Notes under the pieces: generated by a model
What the model was told of the DNA's origin: nothing
The model's input: the letters and a program-made list of their open reading frames with translations, nothing else
Databases searched by the model: none
Made by a program: the position numbers and the translations under genes
In this document: positions 9,229-19,676 of the stretch, piece after piece
How positions within the stretch are numbered: the stretch's first letter is position 1
Layout: every line of letters starts with the position of its first letter
DNA from: Oligoflexia bacterium
Lineage (GTDB): Bacteria; Bdellovibrionota; UBA1018; CAIPTA01; JAALKR01
Assembly (NCBI GenBank): GCA_011087955.1
Contig: JAALKR010000009.1
Span: forward strand, 2,239-66,238
Length of the DNA: 64,000 nucleotides
Reading direction: 5' to 3'

Positions 9229-10866
9229 TTACCCCATGAATGGATAGCGATAATCCGTCGGTGGGTCGTAGGTTTCCTTGATCGTTTGTGGAGAAACCCA
9301 GCGATAGAGGTTGAGAACAGAGCCCGCCTTGTCGTTAGTACCTGAGGCGCGAGACCCACCAAACGGCTGTTGTCCAACAACAGCGCCTGTTGGCTTATCA
9401 TTAACATAAAAGTTTCCAGCGGCGTGCCGTAGAACATCCATTGCAGTATTTACAGCGGGCTTGTCTTTTGCAAAAATAGCCCCGGTTAAAGCATACTCAC
9501 TAGACTGGTCACAAAGCTCCAGAGTTTTCCTATAGTCTTCGTCCTCATAGATATAAACTGTTAGGACGGGACCGAAGATCTCCTCCACCATTGATTCATA
9601 TTGCGGGTTTGTTGTTTCAATCACTGTTGGATGAATGAAATAACCCTCTTCTTTTGAGCATTCTCCACCAAAAATTATTTCGCATTCCGAAGACTCTTTG
9701 GCTCGCTGAATATAGCCAGAAATTTTATCAAAAGATTTTTCGTCAATAACAGCGTTAATAAAGTTAGAAAAATCTGTGACGTCGCCCATTTTCATGTCAG
9801 CTATATCTTTTTGCATCAAAGACTTTACTTCCGACCATAGTGACTTTGGAATATAGGCACGACTAGCGGCGGAGCATTTTTGGCCTTGGTATTCGAATGC
9901 ACCACGAACTAGAGCCGTGCTTAATGCCTTAACATCAGCCGAGGGGTGTGCGACGACGAAATCTTTACCGCCGGTTTCACCGACAATTCGTGGATAGGAT
10001 CGATAATGTTCAATATTATTGGAAATCGTTTTCCAGATGCTGCGGAAGACTGAAGTACTTCCAGTGAAATGTACACCCCCTAGGTCCTTATCCTTTAGAA
10101 TAGGCTCTGCAATTTTAGAAGATGGGCCGGGTAAGAAATTAATTACACCAGCGGGCATTCCAGCCTCTTCAAATATCTTCATCACAATATAGTTTGATAG
10201 AACGGAGGTGCCACTTGGTTTCCAAACGGCAGTATTGCCCAACATCGCAGGAGCCGAGGGCAAATTACCAGCGATCGCAGTGAAATTAAAAGGAGTAATA
10301 GCAAAGATAAACCCCTCTAGTGGCCTATGCTCCATTCGATTGGAAATACCTGGAGCAGATTCGGGTTGCTCTGCATAGACTTTCTGCATGAAAAAGGCAT
10401 TGAAGCGAAGGAAGTCAATGAGTTCACAGGCAGAGTCAATCTCAGCTTGTAATGCGCTCTTACTTTGCCCAAGCATTGTGGCGGCGTTAAGTTTTGCCCG
10501 GTACGTAGTAGCCATAAGTTCGGCTGCCGTTTGAAAGATCGTTGCCCGATCGCTCCAGGGCATTCGCTCCCAGTGAGCTTTAGCTTCCATTGCGGCTTGA
10601 ACGGCCATGAGAGCATGCTCTTCAGTTGCCTGGGATACTTTAGCTAGGACAGAGCTATGCTTATGGGGCTCACGAAAATCAACCTTCGATTCCGTATGAA
10701 TCTCCTTTCCATCAATGATTAGAGGGATATCGATGCATTCTTTTCGCATCTCTACGAGAGCGTTCTCTAGGGCCATTCGCTCCTTCTCCCCCGGTGCATA
10801 GTTGAGCACGGGTTCGTTGACCGGCTTTGAAATTGTGTTGCTAATATTACTCACGGAATTATTCAT
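9229..10866 (-). CDS. pruA: L-glutamate gamma-semialdehyde (1-pyrroline-5-carboxylate) dehydrogenase
   Basis: A 545-aa aldehyde dehydrogenase with catalytic Glu 'VGETGGKD' and Cys 'GQKCSAASR'. Its length and N-terminal region resemble stand-alone P5C dehydrogenases. A good SD (GAGGGAG) lies upstream. Confidence 0.85.
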   Translation of the reverse strand: MNNSVSNISNTISKPVNEPVLNYAPGEKERMALENALVEMRKECIDIPLIIDGKEIHTESKVDFREPHKHSSVLAKVSQATEEHALMAVQAAMEAKAHWERMPWSDRATIFQTAAELMATTYRAKLNAATMLGQSKSALQAEIDSACELIDFLRFNAFFMQKVYAEQPESAPGISNRMEHRPLEGFIFAITPFNFTAIAGNLPSAPAMLGNTAVWKPSGTSVLSNYIVMKIFEEAGMPAGVINFLPGPSSKIAEPILKDKDLGGVHFTGSTSVFRSIWKTISNNIEHYRSYPRIVGETGGKDFVVAHPSADVKALSTALVRGAFEYQGQKCSAASRAYIPKSLWSEVKSLMQKDIADMKMGDVTDFSNFINAVIDEKSFDKISGYIQRAKESSECEIIFGGECSKEEGYFIHPTVIETTNPQYESMVEEIFGPVLTVYIYEDEDYRKTLELCDQSSEYALTGAIFAKDKPAVNTAMDVLRHAAGNFYVNDKPTGAVVGQQPFGGSRASGTNDKAGSVLNLYRWVSPQTIKETYDPPTDYRYPFMG

Positions 10867-10957
10867 GACGCTCCCTCTCTGGTACCACCCTGTTTTTATT
10901 GGGTTTTTCTACCAGAACAGAGCCATTAAGTCACTATAGGAAATCGCCGACGAGTGA

Positions 10958-13486
10958 GTGAGGTGGTGTGGCGTGAATATGCGTAAAATGATATGCAAAA
11001 CTAGAAATTTAGCGCTGCTGATCGTGGCTCCTCAAATCGTGGGCCCCCTGGTCGTGGTCCTCTTAATTTTTTTGTTGCCCGTTTTGCCACCTGTTTTGCC
11101 GTCTGTTGGTGTGGCCTGGGCCGATGACTCCTGTTTTCTTGGGTTTGCGAGGATTCAGAATAATTTCTATCGTATTGGCCAACATTATCTGCGGGAGGGC
11201 AAGTTTTGGCATCGATATGTCCGTCATGTCTTGCACCAACGGCAAGTGAGGAGAGCAGCTGCTCAAGAGACGAGGGAGCAATCCCGCCGGGAGCGTTTAC
11301 CATGGCGAATTCGTGTCGATAACTCTTATGGCTCGTTCCGTGATGCTATGAGTAGTCGGCTTGCGACGAGCACTCAATCGGCCAGTAACTATGGGCGCGC
11401 ATTAAAAGAGGATCCAATTCGGACTGCGGTCGGAACAGGTGGAGCGGGCTTACGTGTAGTTGGACGCGTAGCTTGGGATGCTGGCTCTTTTATTCCTAGA
11501 GTTGTGCTTTCCACCGTCGGTGATCTTGGCCGCGCTATGGGCAAAGGCCTAAAAGAGTGGTGGCAGAGTCCGGGCATATTGCGAAAGGGTGTGCGTATTT
11601 TAATTCGTCCAAGGGATGACTTAACGAATGCTGGAATACTGGGAAGAGCGAGTGATTTTGCCATGGATCCAATTTCCACTGGCTTGCAATCACACCTTAT
11701 TCGCCGTGGTTTACAAACGGCAGTTGGTTTGCGGGTGCCAAAACCAGAATATATGGCAACGATGGCAACGTCTTTTGGGGTCTACGGTACATTAGCCTAT
11801 CACTATGGGTGGAAACCGCTCGCCGAATCGAGTCAGCGAGAGTGTGTTCAAACCTTAGAAATTGGGAGAAGTCGTTCCTCCTTGGGGATAGAGTATCTCG
11901 ACTCGTGGATCGCGGCTAAGATCTATACTGACCCTTGTGATTTTGCGAGCATTTTACGTGATCATGCTGCACAGATTTCAGATTGGCGACGGGGAGAGAT
12001 CCATGTTTTCCCTGCATTGGTGGAATATCTACAAAGTGGGCTACTTGGAGAGAGTACAGCGGAAGAGTTTAAAAATGTGCAATCGGTCATTGAGCTATTG
12101 AATGACAGGAATCAAACGGATTCCCTGATCATGGCCGCTGCCAGTAAACTAACGACCAATGAACAACGTCTCTTCCATCGCGTTACAGTTTTAAACGATT
12201 TATTATTAAAAACACTCAAAGACACTTATTTAGAATCTAGGGCGCTTGATAGTCAGATTCGTTCGGGAGTGAAGGAGCGGTCTGAGCATATCCCGTTTGA
12301 AACAATGTTCTGGAAAAAATGGCAAGCTGCACTTGAATTGGATGAGGTGGCAAAGCCAATCATTGAAAATGAAATCACTAAGCGACACCTTATGGGGGTC
12401 TTTAATCCTCGTTTCAAAATTCAGAGCAGGACAGATTTCGAGTGGATACGATTAGCAGAAACTAAAGGCACAGGCGAAGAACTGTCGGAACTAATGCAAA
12501 TGGCAGTAAGTGGCGCTGGCGAGGCCCTAGAAAATTGGCGAAAGGAGGAAAATCCACATCCTTTGCATCATACTTGGGCAGTTTTAATGCTCGTTGATTC
12601 GAGTAATGAAATGGCTACTCGAGATAAAATTTATCAACGGATTGAGGAAGCAAAGGAGATTCCCGAGTTCTGTGCGCAGGCAGATTGTAAGGACATGTAC
12701 CCAAGCTTAGTTCGTGCCCGCATTCCGCCGTTTACGGTTGGGCAGACCTATCATCCATTTTCGACGAATCTGGTTGAGAAACCTGGGCGGCTCGAAGAAG
12801 AGATGGATTACTGGAGACTTGCGTTCGAAGATCCGATTTTTATTGAATACGCTTCGGACAAAGCGAGTGGAAAGGTTCCTGATTCCGTATTATTGCCAAA
12901 ACTTAGCCGACAGATTGAAGGTTATAGTGAGCTTTTTAGTTTACAAGCAAGAATTTTTGAAGACGCTAATTTCACTATCGGAGAGTCATTAGATGTCGGA
13001 AAGATCCCAAGGCCTGATCCTTCTTTGGTTTGCTCATTGTTCGGAGAAATTCAGATGGGTGGTCGACCGACCAGAGCAAATCACCTATTTGGTGGTGTAC
13101 AGAATCGTCTGAATCAAGAAAGCAAAACTATGAGCAAAGAAAAATTCGATGCCTGCCGCTATTTAATCGGTGGCACGCTTTGGGAGTTTCATGCAATTGA
13201 GGGAATGATTTCTCAAAGAATGTCTACCCAGGTTGCGGCATTAGGGTTGCGTCTCGAAAAAGGATCTTCTGCGTATGATCGTGAATTAGGAAGAATTCGT
13301 GCAATTCACCAGCGAATGATTTTACGTGTCCGTCAGGACCTAGTGATAGAAACTGAACGAGGTACTTTCTGGGCCTTAGATCAAATTATTGCTACATGTA
13401 AGGACCCAAATTTTGTGATTTCAAATGGTACACAGCCAAAGGATTTGGCCTGTGAATCTTATCATCTATCGGGGGGCGCACCCTAA
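10958..13486 (+). CDS. Hypothetical large membrane-anchored/secreted protein (about 835 aa)
   Basis: Long uninterrupted ORF with N-terminal hydrophobic segment 'LALLIVAPQIVGPLVVVLLIFLLPVLPPVLPSVGVAWA'. The likely start is ATG 10979, preceded by GAGGTGG. No family recognised. Confidence 0.6.
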   Translation: MRWCGVNMRKMICKTRNLALLIVAPQIVGPLVVVLLIFLLPVLPPVLPSVGVAWADDSCFLGFARIQNNFYRIGQHYLREGKFWHRYVRHVLHQRQVRRAAAQETREQSRRERLPWRIRVDNSYGSFRDAMSSRLATSTQSASNYGRALKEDPIRTAVGTGGAGLRVVGRVAWDAGSFIPRVVLSTVGDLGRAMGKGLKEWWQSPGILRKGVRILIRPRDDLTNAGILGRASDFAMDPISTGLQSHLIRRGLQTAVGLRVPKPEYMATMATSFGVYGTLAYHYGWKPLAESSQRECVQTLEIGRSRSSLGIEYLDSWIAAKIYTDPCDFASILRDHAAQISDWRRGEIHVFPALVEYLQSGLLGESTAEEFKNVQSVIELLNDRNQTDSLIMAAASKLTTNEQRLFHRVTVLNDLLLKTLKDTYLESRALDSQIRSGVKERSEHIPFETMFWKKWQAALELDEVAKPIIENEITKRHLMGVFNPRFKIQSRTDFEWIRLAETKGTGEELSELMQMAVSGAGEALENWRKEENPHPLHHTWAVLMLVDSSNEMATRDKIYQRIEEAKEIPEFCAQADCKDMYPSLVRARIPPFTVGQTYHPFSTNLVEKPGRLEEEMDYWRLAFEDPIFIEYASDKASGKVPDSVLLPKLSRQIEGYSELFSLQARIFEDANFTIGESLDVGKIPRPDPSLVCSLFGEIQMGGRPTRANHLFGGVQNRLNQESKTMSKEKFDACRYLIGGTLWEFHAIEGMISQRMSTQVAALGLRLEKGSSAYDRELGRIRAIHQRMILRVRQDLVIETERGTFWALDQIIATCKDPNFVISNGTQPKDLACESYHLSGGAP

Positions 13487-13634
13487 GCTACAAAAAAGAG
13501 CAGTTTAGTCAAAAAACACTTGACGTAATGCATTAAGTTTGAAATACGTAGTCCGCGATAAGAAGTTTGACTAAAGCTTTTATACTCGATTTTTGGGGAC
13601 AAAATCTTTGATGTAGGGAATGGATGGTAAAGAC

Positions 13635-14954
13635 ATGAAACAATCAATTTTAAAAGGATGGGTACAAGCCTTTTTGCTAGGGCTGATCGTTTTCTTTGCT
13701 CCACTAGCCGACGCTGAATTGGAAAAGGTGGAAGAGGAAGAAACTGAAATTATCGTAGTGGACGATGAAGTGCCGGTTATGGTGGAGAAACTGCCAAAGG
13801 CTAAGAAGGTTTTTAAGAAGAAGAAAAAGTCAAAGGAGAGTAAGGCCCCACGAGTGATCGTGATTCGCCAAGCGGAGCCAGCAGCAACTCCAGCGGTGGC
13901 TGCTGTTTCAACGATGGTACCTGAGCCGGCTCCTGAGCCGATACCAGAAACGTTTGGACAGAAACTCTCTAAGAAAATCGATGCGAAACTTGATGCCGAC
14001 CGCGAGGTCCGCGAAGAGAAAATGCGCAGGGAAGAGGCTGAGCGACAGGCAAACCTTCTTGAAAGAATAGATTCGGCACTTACTGGTGAAGAAAAGCCTG
14101 CTCAACCACAACAGACTCAGGTTGTGGAACCGACGTTTTCTACAATCGAGGACGTTGAAGCTCAACATAATAGCGGAGTTTCATCCCGTGAAGTCCCATC
14201 TGGTAACGCCCAGTTTAATGCATCTCAATCGGTCGAGCAGGAGGTAGAAACGCCTTTTGGCGGTTCGTCGGGTCTATCTATCTCTCCAAACATTGGTATT
14301 TCAAACTTAGACGCGGACTCTTACAACGTGGATGCAGGGTCTGCTCTTGGTGTTCAAATAGGGTATGAGCTGAACGACAATGTAGTATTCAACTTTGGTT
14401 ACACTTATAACCAATATGAAATCAGCCTATTAGAGAGCGGATTTACATTTAACTCTTTTAATAATCAGTTTGGCTTCAATGATTTTTTCGACAACAGTCT
14501 AAATGAACTTGAGTACAAGCAGAACGTATTCGATGCGGGTATGCGTTACTTGGTGTTCGATAGCAGCTCAAAACTTCGTCCTTACTTTGGCGGTGGCGTT
14601 TCTTATGCCATTGGTTATCTGAACTATAAACAGAAGGCATTAGACACGTTCAGCCAGAGTTCGTTCTTTCGCAACTCTAACGCTCTAGACGACTATGAAC
14701 TAACTGGTTTCTCTGGCTACCTTCAAGCGGGCGCCATCCTAAATTTTTCTAAGCAGTTTGGCATTGGTGCTAATTTCAAGTACCATACGATTCTTAGCTC
14801 AGCTGAAGAAGCTCCAATCCAAAACCAATTTGGATTCGCAATGAACGGGGACTTGAACGCAAACCAAATAGCCAATGACAGGAGTATTGTGGGCGGTACA
14901 CTTGCGGACGCTAACTGGACGACTCTGGATCTGTCTTTAATGCTCAGCTTCTAA
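13635..14954 (+). CDS. Outer-membrane beta-barrel protein with long charged/Pro-rich N-terminal region
   Basis: Signal peptide 'LLGLIVFFAPLADA'. A roughly 200-aa E/K/P/A-rich low-complexity region precedes a C-terminal half with alternating hydrophobic beta-strand pattern rich in Tyr/Gly/Asn/Phe, ending in aromatic '...LSLMLSF'. The start was chosen at ATG 13635 (track ORF begins at 13620). Confidence 0.65.
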   Translation: MKQSILKGWVQAFLLGLIVFFAPLADAELEKVEEEETEIIVVDDEVPVMVEKLPKAKKVFKKKKKSKESKAPRVIVIRQAEPAATPAVAAVSTMVPEPAPEPIPETFGQKLSKKIDAKLDADREVREEKMRREEAERQANLLERIDSALTGEEKPAQPQQTQVVEPTFSTIEDVEAQHNSGVSSREVPSGNAQFNASQSVEQEVETPFGGSSGLSISPNIGISNLDADSYNVDAGSALGVQIGYELNDNVVFNFGYTYNQYEISLLESGFTFNSFNNQFGFNDFFDNSLNELEYKQNVFDAGMRYLVFDSSSKLRPYFGGGVSYAIGYLNYKQKALDTFSQSSFFRNSNALDDYELTGFSGYLQAGAILNFSKQFGIGANFKYHTILSSAEEAPIQNQFGFAMNGDLNANQIANDRSIVGGTLADANWTTLDLSLMLSF

Positions 14955-14981
14955 GAAAGAGTAAGAGGAGAGAGGTTCATT

Positions 14982-16310
14982 ATGGCGGCAGCAGTGCCAA
15001 ATTTGCGTGAAGTTGCGATTGTCGAAGGAGTGCGAACACCGTTTGTAAAGGCCGGGGACAAACTCGGCGTATTACCTGCCCAAGATCTAGGGCAGTACGC
15101 CTTTCGAGAGTTAGCAGAACGAATGGGCCTAGCCGATGGTTATGGCAGGAAGGCACGAGTAACTGTCGATGAAGTGATTATCGGCAACGTGGGCGGACCA
15201 GTCGATGCGTCCAACGTTTCACGTGTGATTTCAATGAATGCAGGAATGCACAAGGCCGTTCCAGCCTATACGGTGAATCGAAACTGTGCCTCTGGAATGG
15301 AAGCAATCTCCCAGGGTTATTTACGGATTGCAATGGGTGAGTCGGATGCGCTACTTGTGGGTGGCGTCGAGAGTATGAGTAATATTCCGCTTCTATTTGG
15401 AAAGAAGATGACGGAGCTTTTTACGAGTTTGTTTAAGGCGAAGACTCTAGGACAGCGTTTGACTGCAATGTCTAAGTTCCGCCCATTCTTTCTAAAGCCA
15501 GTGATTGCAATTCAAGAAGCGTTAAAAGATCCATTCTGTGGCATGAATATGGGGCAAACTGCAGATTTGCTCGCAAAAGAATTTGCAATCTCTCGGGAAG
15601 AACAAGATCAGTTTTCGATTGAGAGTCACAACAAGGCGGTCGCTGCTCAGGAAGCAGGTCGATTGGCTGAAGAGATCGTGCCTGTTCCACTTCCACCGAA
15701 ATACGCTAGCTCCATTGCTGATGATATAGGTCCTCGCAAAGGCTTAACTCTGGAAAAGATGGCTCGATTTAAACCGTTCTTTGATCGTGTAAATGGTACA
15801 GTTACTGTAGCTAATGCCTGCCCCATCACCGATGGTGCAGTAGCTTTAGCCCTAATGCCATACGATTTGGCAAAGGAACGCGGCTATAACGTCTTAGGTA
15901 AAATCAAGGCAATTACAGCCGCTGGTTTAGAGCCAGAGAGAATGGGCCTTGGTCCAGTTTATGCGACGGCAAAAATTCTTAAAATGACAGGCATGTCTTT
16001 GCACGATATGGATTTCATCGAAGTGAATGAGGCGTTCTCCGCACAGGTACTTGCAGTTCAAAAGGCAATGGCTTCGAAAAGCTTTGCGGAAGAACGACTT
16101 GGAATGGGCAAAGTAGTCGGAGAAATCGACCCAGAAAAATTAAATGTAAACGGCGGAGCCGTAGCATTAGGTCATCCGGTGGGCGCTTCTGGCGCTCGAA
16201 TCGCGCTAACCGCATTAAAGCAATTGCAACGCAGTGGTAAACAGTTTGCTCTATCGACTTTGTGTATCGGTGGTGGACAAGGACAAGCTATTATTTTAGA
16301 AAGAGTTTGA
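14982..16310 (+). CDS. Acetyl-CoA C-acyltransferase (3-ketoacyl-CoA thiolase, FadI-like)
   Basis: Thiolase active-site Cys 'VNRNCASGMEA' and C-terminal 'NGGAVALGHPVGASGAR' and 'LCIGGGQG'. The 442-aa size and its position upstream of the multifunctional enzyme resemble fadI-fadJ order. Confidence 0.9.
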   Translation: MAAAVPNLREVAIVEGVRTPFVKAGDKLGVLPAQDLGQYAFRELAERMGLADGYGRKARVTVDEVIIGNVGGPVDASNVSRVISMNAGMHKAVPAYTVNRNCASGMEAISQGYLRIAMGESDALLVGGVESMSNIPLLFGKKMTELFTSLFKAKTLGQRLTAMSKFRPFFLKPVIAIQEALKDPFCGMNMGQTADLLAKEFAISREEQDQFSIESHNKAVAAQEAGRLAEEIVPVPLPPKYASSIADDIGPRKGLTLEKMARFKPFFDRVNGTVTVANACPITDGAVALALMPYDLAKERGYNVLGKIKAITAAGLEPERMGLGPVYATAKILKMTGMSLHDMDFIEVNEAFSAQVLAVQKAMASKSFAEERLGMGKVVGEIDPEKLNVNGGAVALGHPVGASGARIALTALKQLQRSGKQFALSTLCIGGGQGQAIILERV

Positions 16311-16335
16311 TAATTGGGAAGGGCTTGATGAGGAG

Positions 16336-18450
16336 ATGGCAAACTTTAGTCTGATAGATCGCGGTGACCAATGGTTCGAGTTACTCTTTGAGCAGCCAGG
16401 CTCGGTTGCAAATGTTTTAAATGAATCTGTCTTCAAAGAATTCTCTGCGCTACTAGATAATCTAGAAAAACGTAGCGACATAAAGGGGCTAGTTTTTACC
16501 TCGGCTAAGAAAACAATCTTTATCGCCGGTGCGGATGTAAATTTAATTAAATCATTAGACACTTTTGATAGAGCTCTTAAGGCTTGTAGTGGTGGTCAGC
16601 AGATGATTCATCGTATTTCTAAGCTTCCATTCGAAACGGTAGCAGCCATTTCTGGAGCTTGTTTAGGCGGTGGACTTGAATTGTCCTTGGCATGCACTAA
16701 ACGAGTAGCTTCCACGTCAAAGAATGTGAAAATTGGGTTACCAGAAGTGCAGTTGGGAATTTTGCCTGGCTTTGGTGGCTCCATTCGATTACCGCGCGTA
16801 ACTTCTCTTCCGTTTGCATTGGATATGATTTTGACTGGCAAACAGATTGACGGTAAGCGAGCGTGGAAAAATGCAATCGTCTCTGCCGTATTACCAGAGC
16901 AAGATTTTAATAAACGAGCCCTAGAGTGGGCGAAAAAGAATGCAGGAAAGCCGCCTAAGTACCCGAAGTCTAATTTTATGAGCTTCTTTATTAGCACTCC
17001 AATTGGACGTGCAATGGCTTTGAATACTGCACGTAAGGGCGTGATGAATAAGACTAAAGGTCACTATCCTTCGCCACTTAAGATACTCGATCTGCTAGGA
17101 AAAACTCTTGGTAAAAGTGATATGGATTGGTGCCTAGAGCAAGAAGCTAAGCATTTTGCTTCTCTAGCTATTACCCCAATTTCAAAGCGATTGATTGAAC
17201 TATTCCTCTTAACAGAAAAAGTGAAAAAGAATAATGGCACGGAGGCAGAGCCTGCAGGTGTGGAACGTGGTGCAGTTTTAGGTGCAGGTATAATGGGCGG
17301 TGGAATTTCACATGCATTTGCAAACATTGGAATTCCTGTACGGATGAAGGACTTAGACAATGAGGCTATCGTCCTAGGCCATAAACAAGCCGCTGAGGTG
17401 TTTGGTAAGCGCCTCAAGCGTCGCCGTATGACAAAGACTGAGTTCGATGGTAAAATGAGGCTGATTTCGGGTACACAAATTTATTCCGGATTCAAAACAG
17501 TTGACGTAGTGGTAGAAGCAATTGTCGAGAATATGGAAATTAAGAAGAAGGTTATCCAAGAGACAGAAATGAATATTTCTGATAGTTGTGTGATTGCTTC
17601 TAATACAAGCTCCCTTTCGATTTCAGAAATGCAATCCGTCTCGAAAATTCCGGAACGGATTGCTGGTATGCACTTCTTTAATCCAGTGGATCGAATGCCG
17701 CTTGTAGAGGTAATTGCAGGCGATAAGACTTCGGAAAAGACGATCTCTACATTGTATGAACTAGCGAAACGTATGCGTAAGACCCCAGTCGTGGTTAAAG
17801 ACTGTCCTGGGTTTTTGGTAAACCGTTTATTACTTCCATACATGAATGAATCCGTTTTTTTATTACAGGATGGAGTTTCCATTGATCGGATTGACAGGGT
17901 GATGTTGCAGTTTGGTATGCCCATGGGGCCGCTTCGTCTAGCAGATGAAGTGGGCCTAGATACAGCGGCGAAAGTTGCGAAGATTCTGAATGAAGCCTAT
18001 GGCAAGCGAGCAGAGGCAGCACCTTTGACTGGCAAAATTGCTGAATCTGGTCGTCTTGGACGGAAAAACCGTAAGGGCTTCTACGTTTGGGAAAAAGACA
18101 AAGCTCGAAGGCCGGATGAGTCAATTTATGAATTTGTCGATGCAGGTGGAAAGAGTGCATCTCTCTCCGATGAAGAGCTAGTCGACCGAATGATTTCACC
18201 GATGATTAATGAGGCGGCTCTGGCTCTACAAGAAGGTGTTGTTAAGACTCCTGGTGAGCTAGATTTGGCCTTGATCATGGGTACAGGATTCCCACCGTTC
18301 CGTGGCGGTTTGCTGCGCTATGCCGACTCTATTGGTGTGGACCGCATTCGCAACAATCTAGACCGATTCTCTCAGGGCGAATTAGGAGAACGCTTGTTAC
18401 CAAATCCTGCATTGAGTGAATTTGCCGATCGCGGTACATTTTATGGGTGA
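16336..18450 (+). CDS. Multifunctional fatty-acid oxidation protein (enoyl-CoA hydratase / 3-hydroxyacyl-CoA dehydrogenase, FadJ/FadB-like)
   Basis: N-terminal crotonase fold ('FIAGADVN', 'ISGACLGGGLELSLAC', 'GLPEVQLGILPGFGG') and central NAD-binding 'VLGAGIMGGGISHAF' 3-hydroxyacyl-CoA dehydrogenase domain ('NTSSLSI', 'HFFNPV'). 704 aa. Confidence 0.9.
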   Translation: MANFSLIDRGDQWFELLFEQPGSVANVLNESVFKEFSALLDNLEKRSDIKGLVFTSAKKTIFIAGADVNLIKSLDTFDRALKACSGGQQMIHRISKLPFETVAAISGACLGGGLELSLACTKRVASTSKNVKIGLPEVQLGILPGFGGSIRLPRVTSLPFALDMILTGKQIDGKRAWKNAIVSAVLPEQDFNKRALEWAKKNAGKPPKYPKSNFMSFFISTPIGRAMALNTARKGVMNKTKGHYPSPLKILDLLGKTLGKSDMDWCLEQEAKHFASLAITPISKRLIELFLLTEKVKKNNGTEAEPAGVERGAVLGAGIMGGGISHAFANIGIPVRMKDLDNEAIVLGHKQAAEVFGKRLKRRRMTKTEFDGKMRLISGTQIYSGFKTVDVVVEAIVENMEIKKKVIQETEMNISDSCVIASNTSSLSISEMQSVSKIPERIAGMHFFNPVDRMPLVEVIAGDKTSEKTISTLYELAKRMRKTPVVVKDCPGFLVNRLLLPYMNESVFLLQDGVSIDRIDRVMLQFGMPMGPLRLADEVGLDTAAKVAKILNEAYGKRAEAAPLTGKIAESGRLGRKNRKGFYVWEKDKARRPDESIYEFVDAGGKSASLSDEELVDRMISPMINEAALALQEGVVKTPGELDLALIMGTGFPPFRGGLLRYADSIGVDRIRNNLDRFSQGELGERLLPNPALSEFADRGTFYG

Positions 18451-19676
18451 GCTTTGCTAAGACTTTAGGCCTACGATACCTGCGATCCAAAGAAGGATCT
18501 GCGTTCATTTCTTTAATCTCCGGATTTTCTGTTGCAGGTGTCGCGCTGGGCGTTTGCACACTTATTGTTGTTCTGTCAGTTATGGACGGTTTCGAAACTG
18601 TTCTTAAAAACCGCCTGGCAAAAGGTGAATTTCATATTTTGGTAACGGCTAGTGATAAGGCTGAGGATCAGTATTTTGCAGAGGACGATGCAAGGATTGC
18701 TGACATCTATAATCTAAGTTCCAATGTGCTGACCGTGAGTCCGGTCTTGAAAACAGAAGCAATCATTCGCACCAAGGATAGAGTTTCTGGAGTTTCTGTA
18801 CGAGGTGTGAAGGAAGCCCAGTTAAATGCAATTGCAGGCTTATTGGTGGAAGCATCAGATGACAGTGGAGAGGAGCAAGTCATTTCCAAAGCCGGACTTT
18901 GGCTAGGTAAAGAATTAGCTTACCAGCTAAATATTTTGCCAGGTGATAAGGTGCAGCTAATTTCCCCAACGGAGACGGAAGGGCCGCTAGAGTCCATCCC
19001 AAGATTACGACATTTTGTTGTGGAAGGAATTTTTGAGACAGGTCTTCCGGAGAAAGATTTACAGGTCGCCTATATTCCCATTGAGGCAATGCGCGAGTTT
19101 TTGCGTAAGCCAGGGAAGATTAATCAAATTGAACTGAAAACCAATTCCTTTGAGGGTAGTATACCAATTGCTGCAAGGATGCGTTTTTCCTTTGGGGAGA
19201 ATTACCGCATTCGAGACTGGAAAGAGCTCAACGCGCATTTATTTGCTTCCTTGCGTCTTGAGCGAATTGCGATGTTTCTTATTCTTTCAATGATTGTGAT
19301 CGTGGCCAGTTTTAATATCATCACTTCTTTGAATATGCTTGTCTTGGAAAAACGGAAAGATATAGCAATCCTGAAGGCAATGGGAGCCACATCTAAGCAG
19401 GTTGGGCGAATTTTTTTGGTTCAGGGAGCCATTATCGGAAATATTGGTACAATTTTGGGTGCGATCGTTGGCCTCACAATTTGTTATTTACTTAAAACAT
19501 CTAAAGTTATTGAGCTACCAGATATCTTTTTTGATCGATCTCTCCCGGTTGAAATATCTCCAATTTATGTCTTAGGAATTGTTGTGACTGCAGTCCTTAT
19601 TGTCATGATAGCAGCCTGGTTCCCTGCTCGGGCAGCGGCGAGAGTTTCGCCCTTGGAAGGGTTTCGCGAATCGTGA
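18447..19676 (+). CDS. LolC/LolE-family (FtsX-type) ABC transporter permease
   Basis: An N-terminal 'LRYLRSK' plus TM, a large periplasmic loop, and a C-terminal FtsX-type bundle ('ILKAMGATSKQVGRIFLVQG'). The GTG start overlaps the upstream stop (GTGA, 18447-18450). No LolD-type ATPase is adjacent. Confidence 0.8.
   Translation: MSFAKTLGLRYLRSKEGSAFISLISGFSVAGVALGVCTLIVVLSVMDGFETVLKNRLAKGEFHILVTASDKAEDQYFAEDDARIADIYNLSSNVLTVSPVLKTEAIIRTKDRVSGVSVRGVKEAQLNAIAGLLVEASDDSGEEQVISKAGLWLGKELAYQLNILPGDKVQLISPTETEGPLESIPRLRHFVVEGIFETGLPEKDLQVAYIPIEAMREFLRKPGKINQIELKTNSFEGSIPIAARMRFSFGENYRIRDWKELNAHLFASLRLERIAMFLILSMIVIVASFNIITSLNMLVLEKRKDIAILKAMGATSKQVGRIFLVQGAIIGNIGTILGAIVGLTICYLLKTSKVIELPDIFFDRSLPVEISPIYVLGIVVTAVLIVMIAAWFPARAAARVSPLEGFRES

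Noticed and set aside
10879-10915. Imperfect inverted repeat CTGGTA...ACCC/GGGT...TACCAG in the pruA leader
   Set aside because: The arms are interrupted and short (6+4 bp) with a long asymmetric interior. It is not distinguishable from chance without comparative data.
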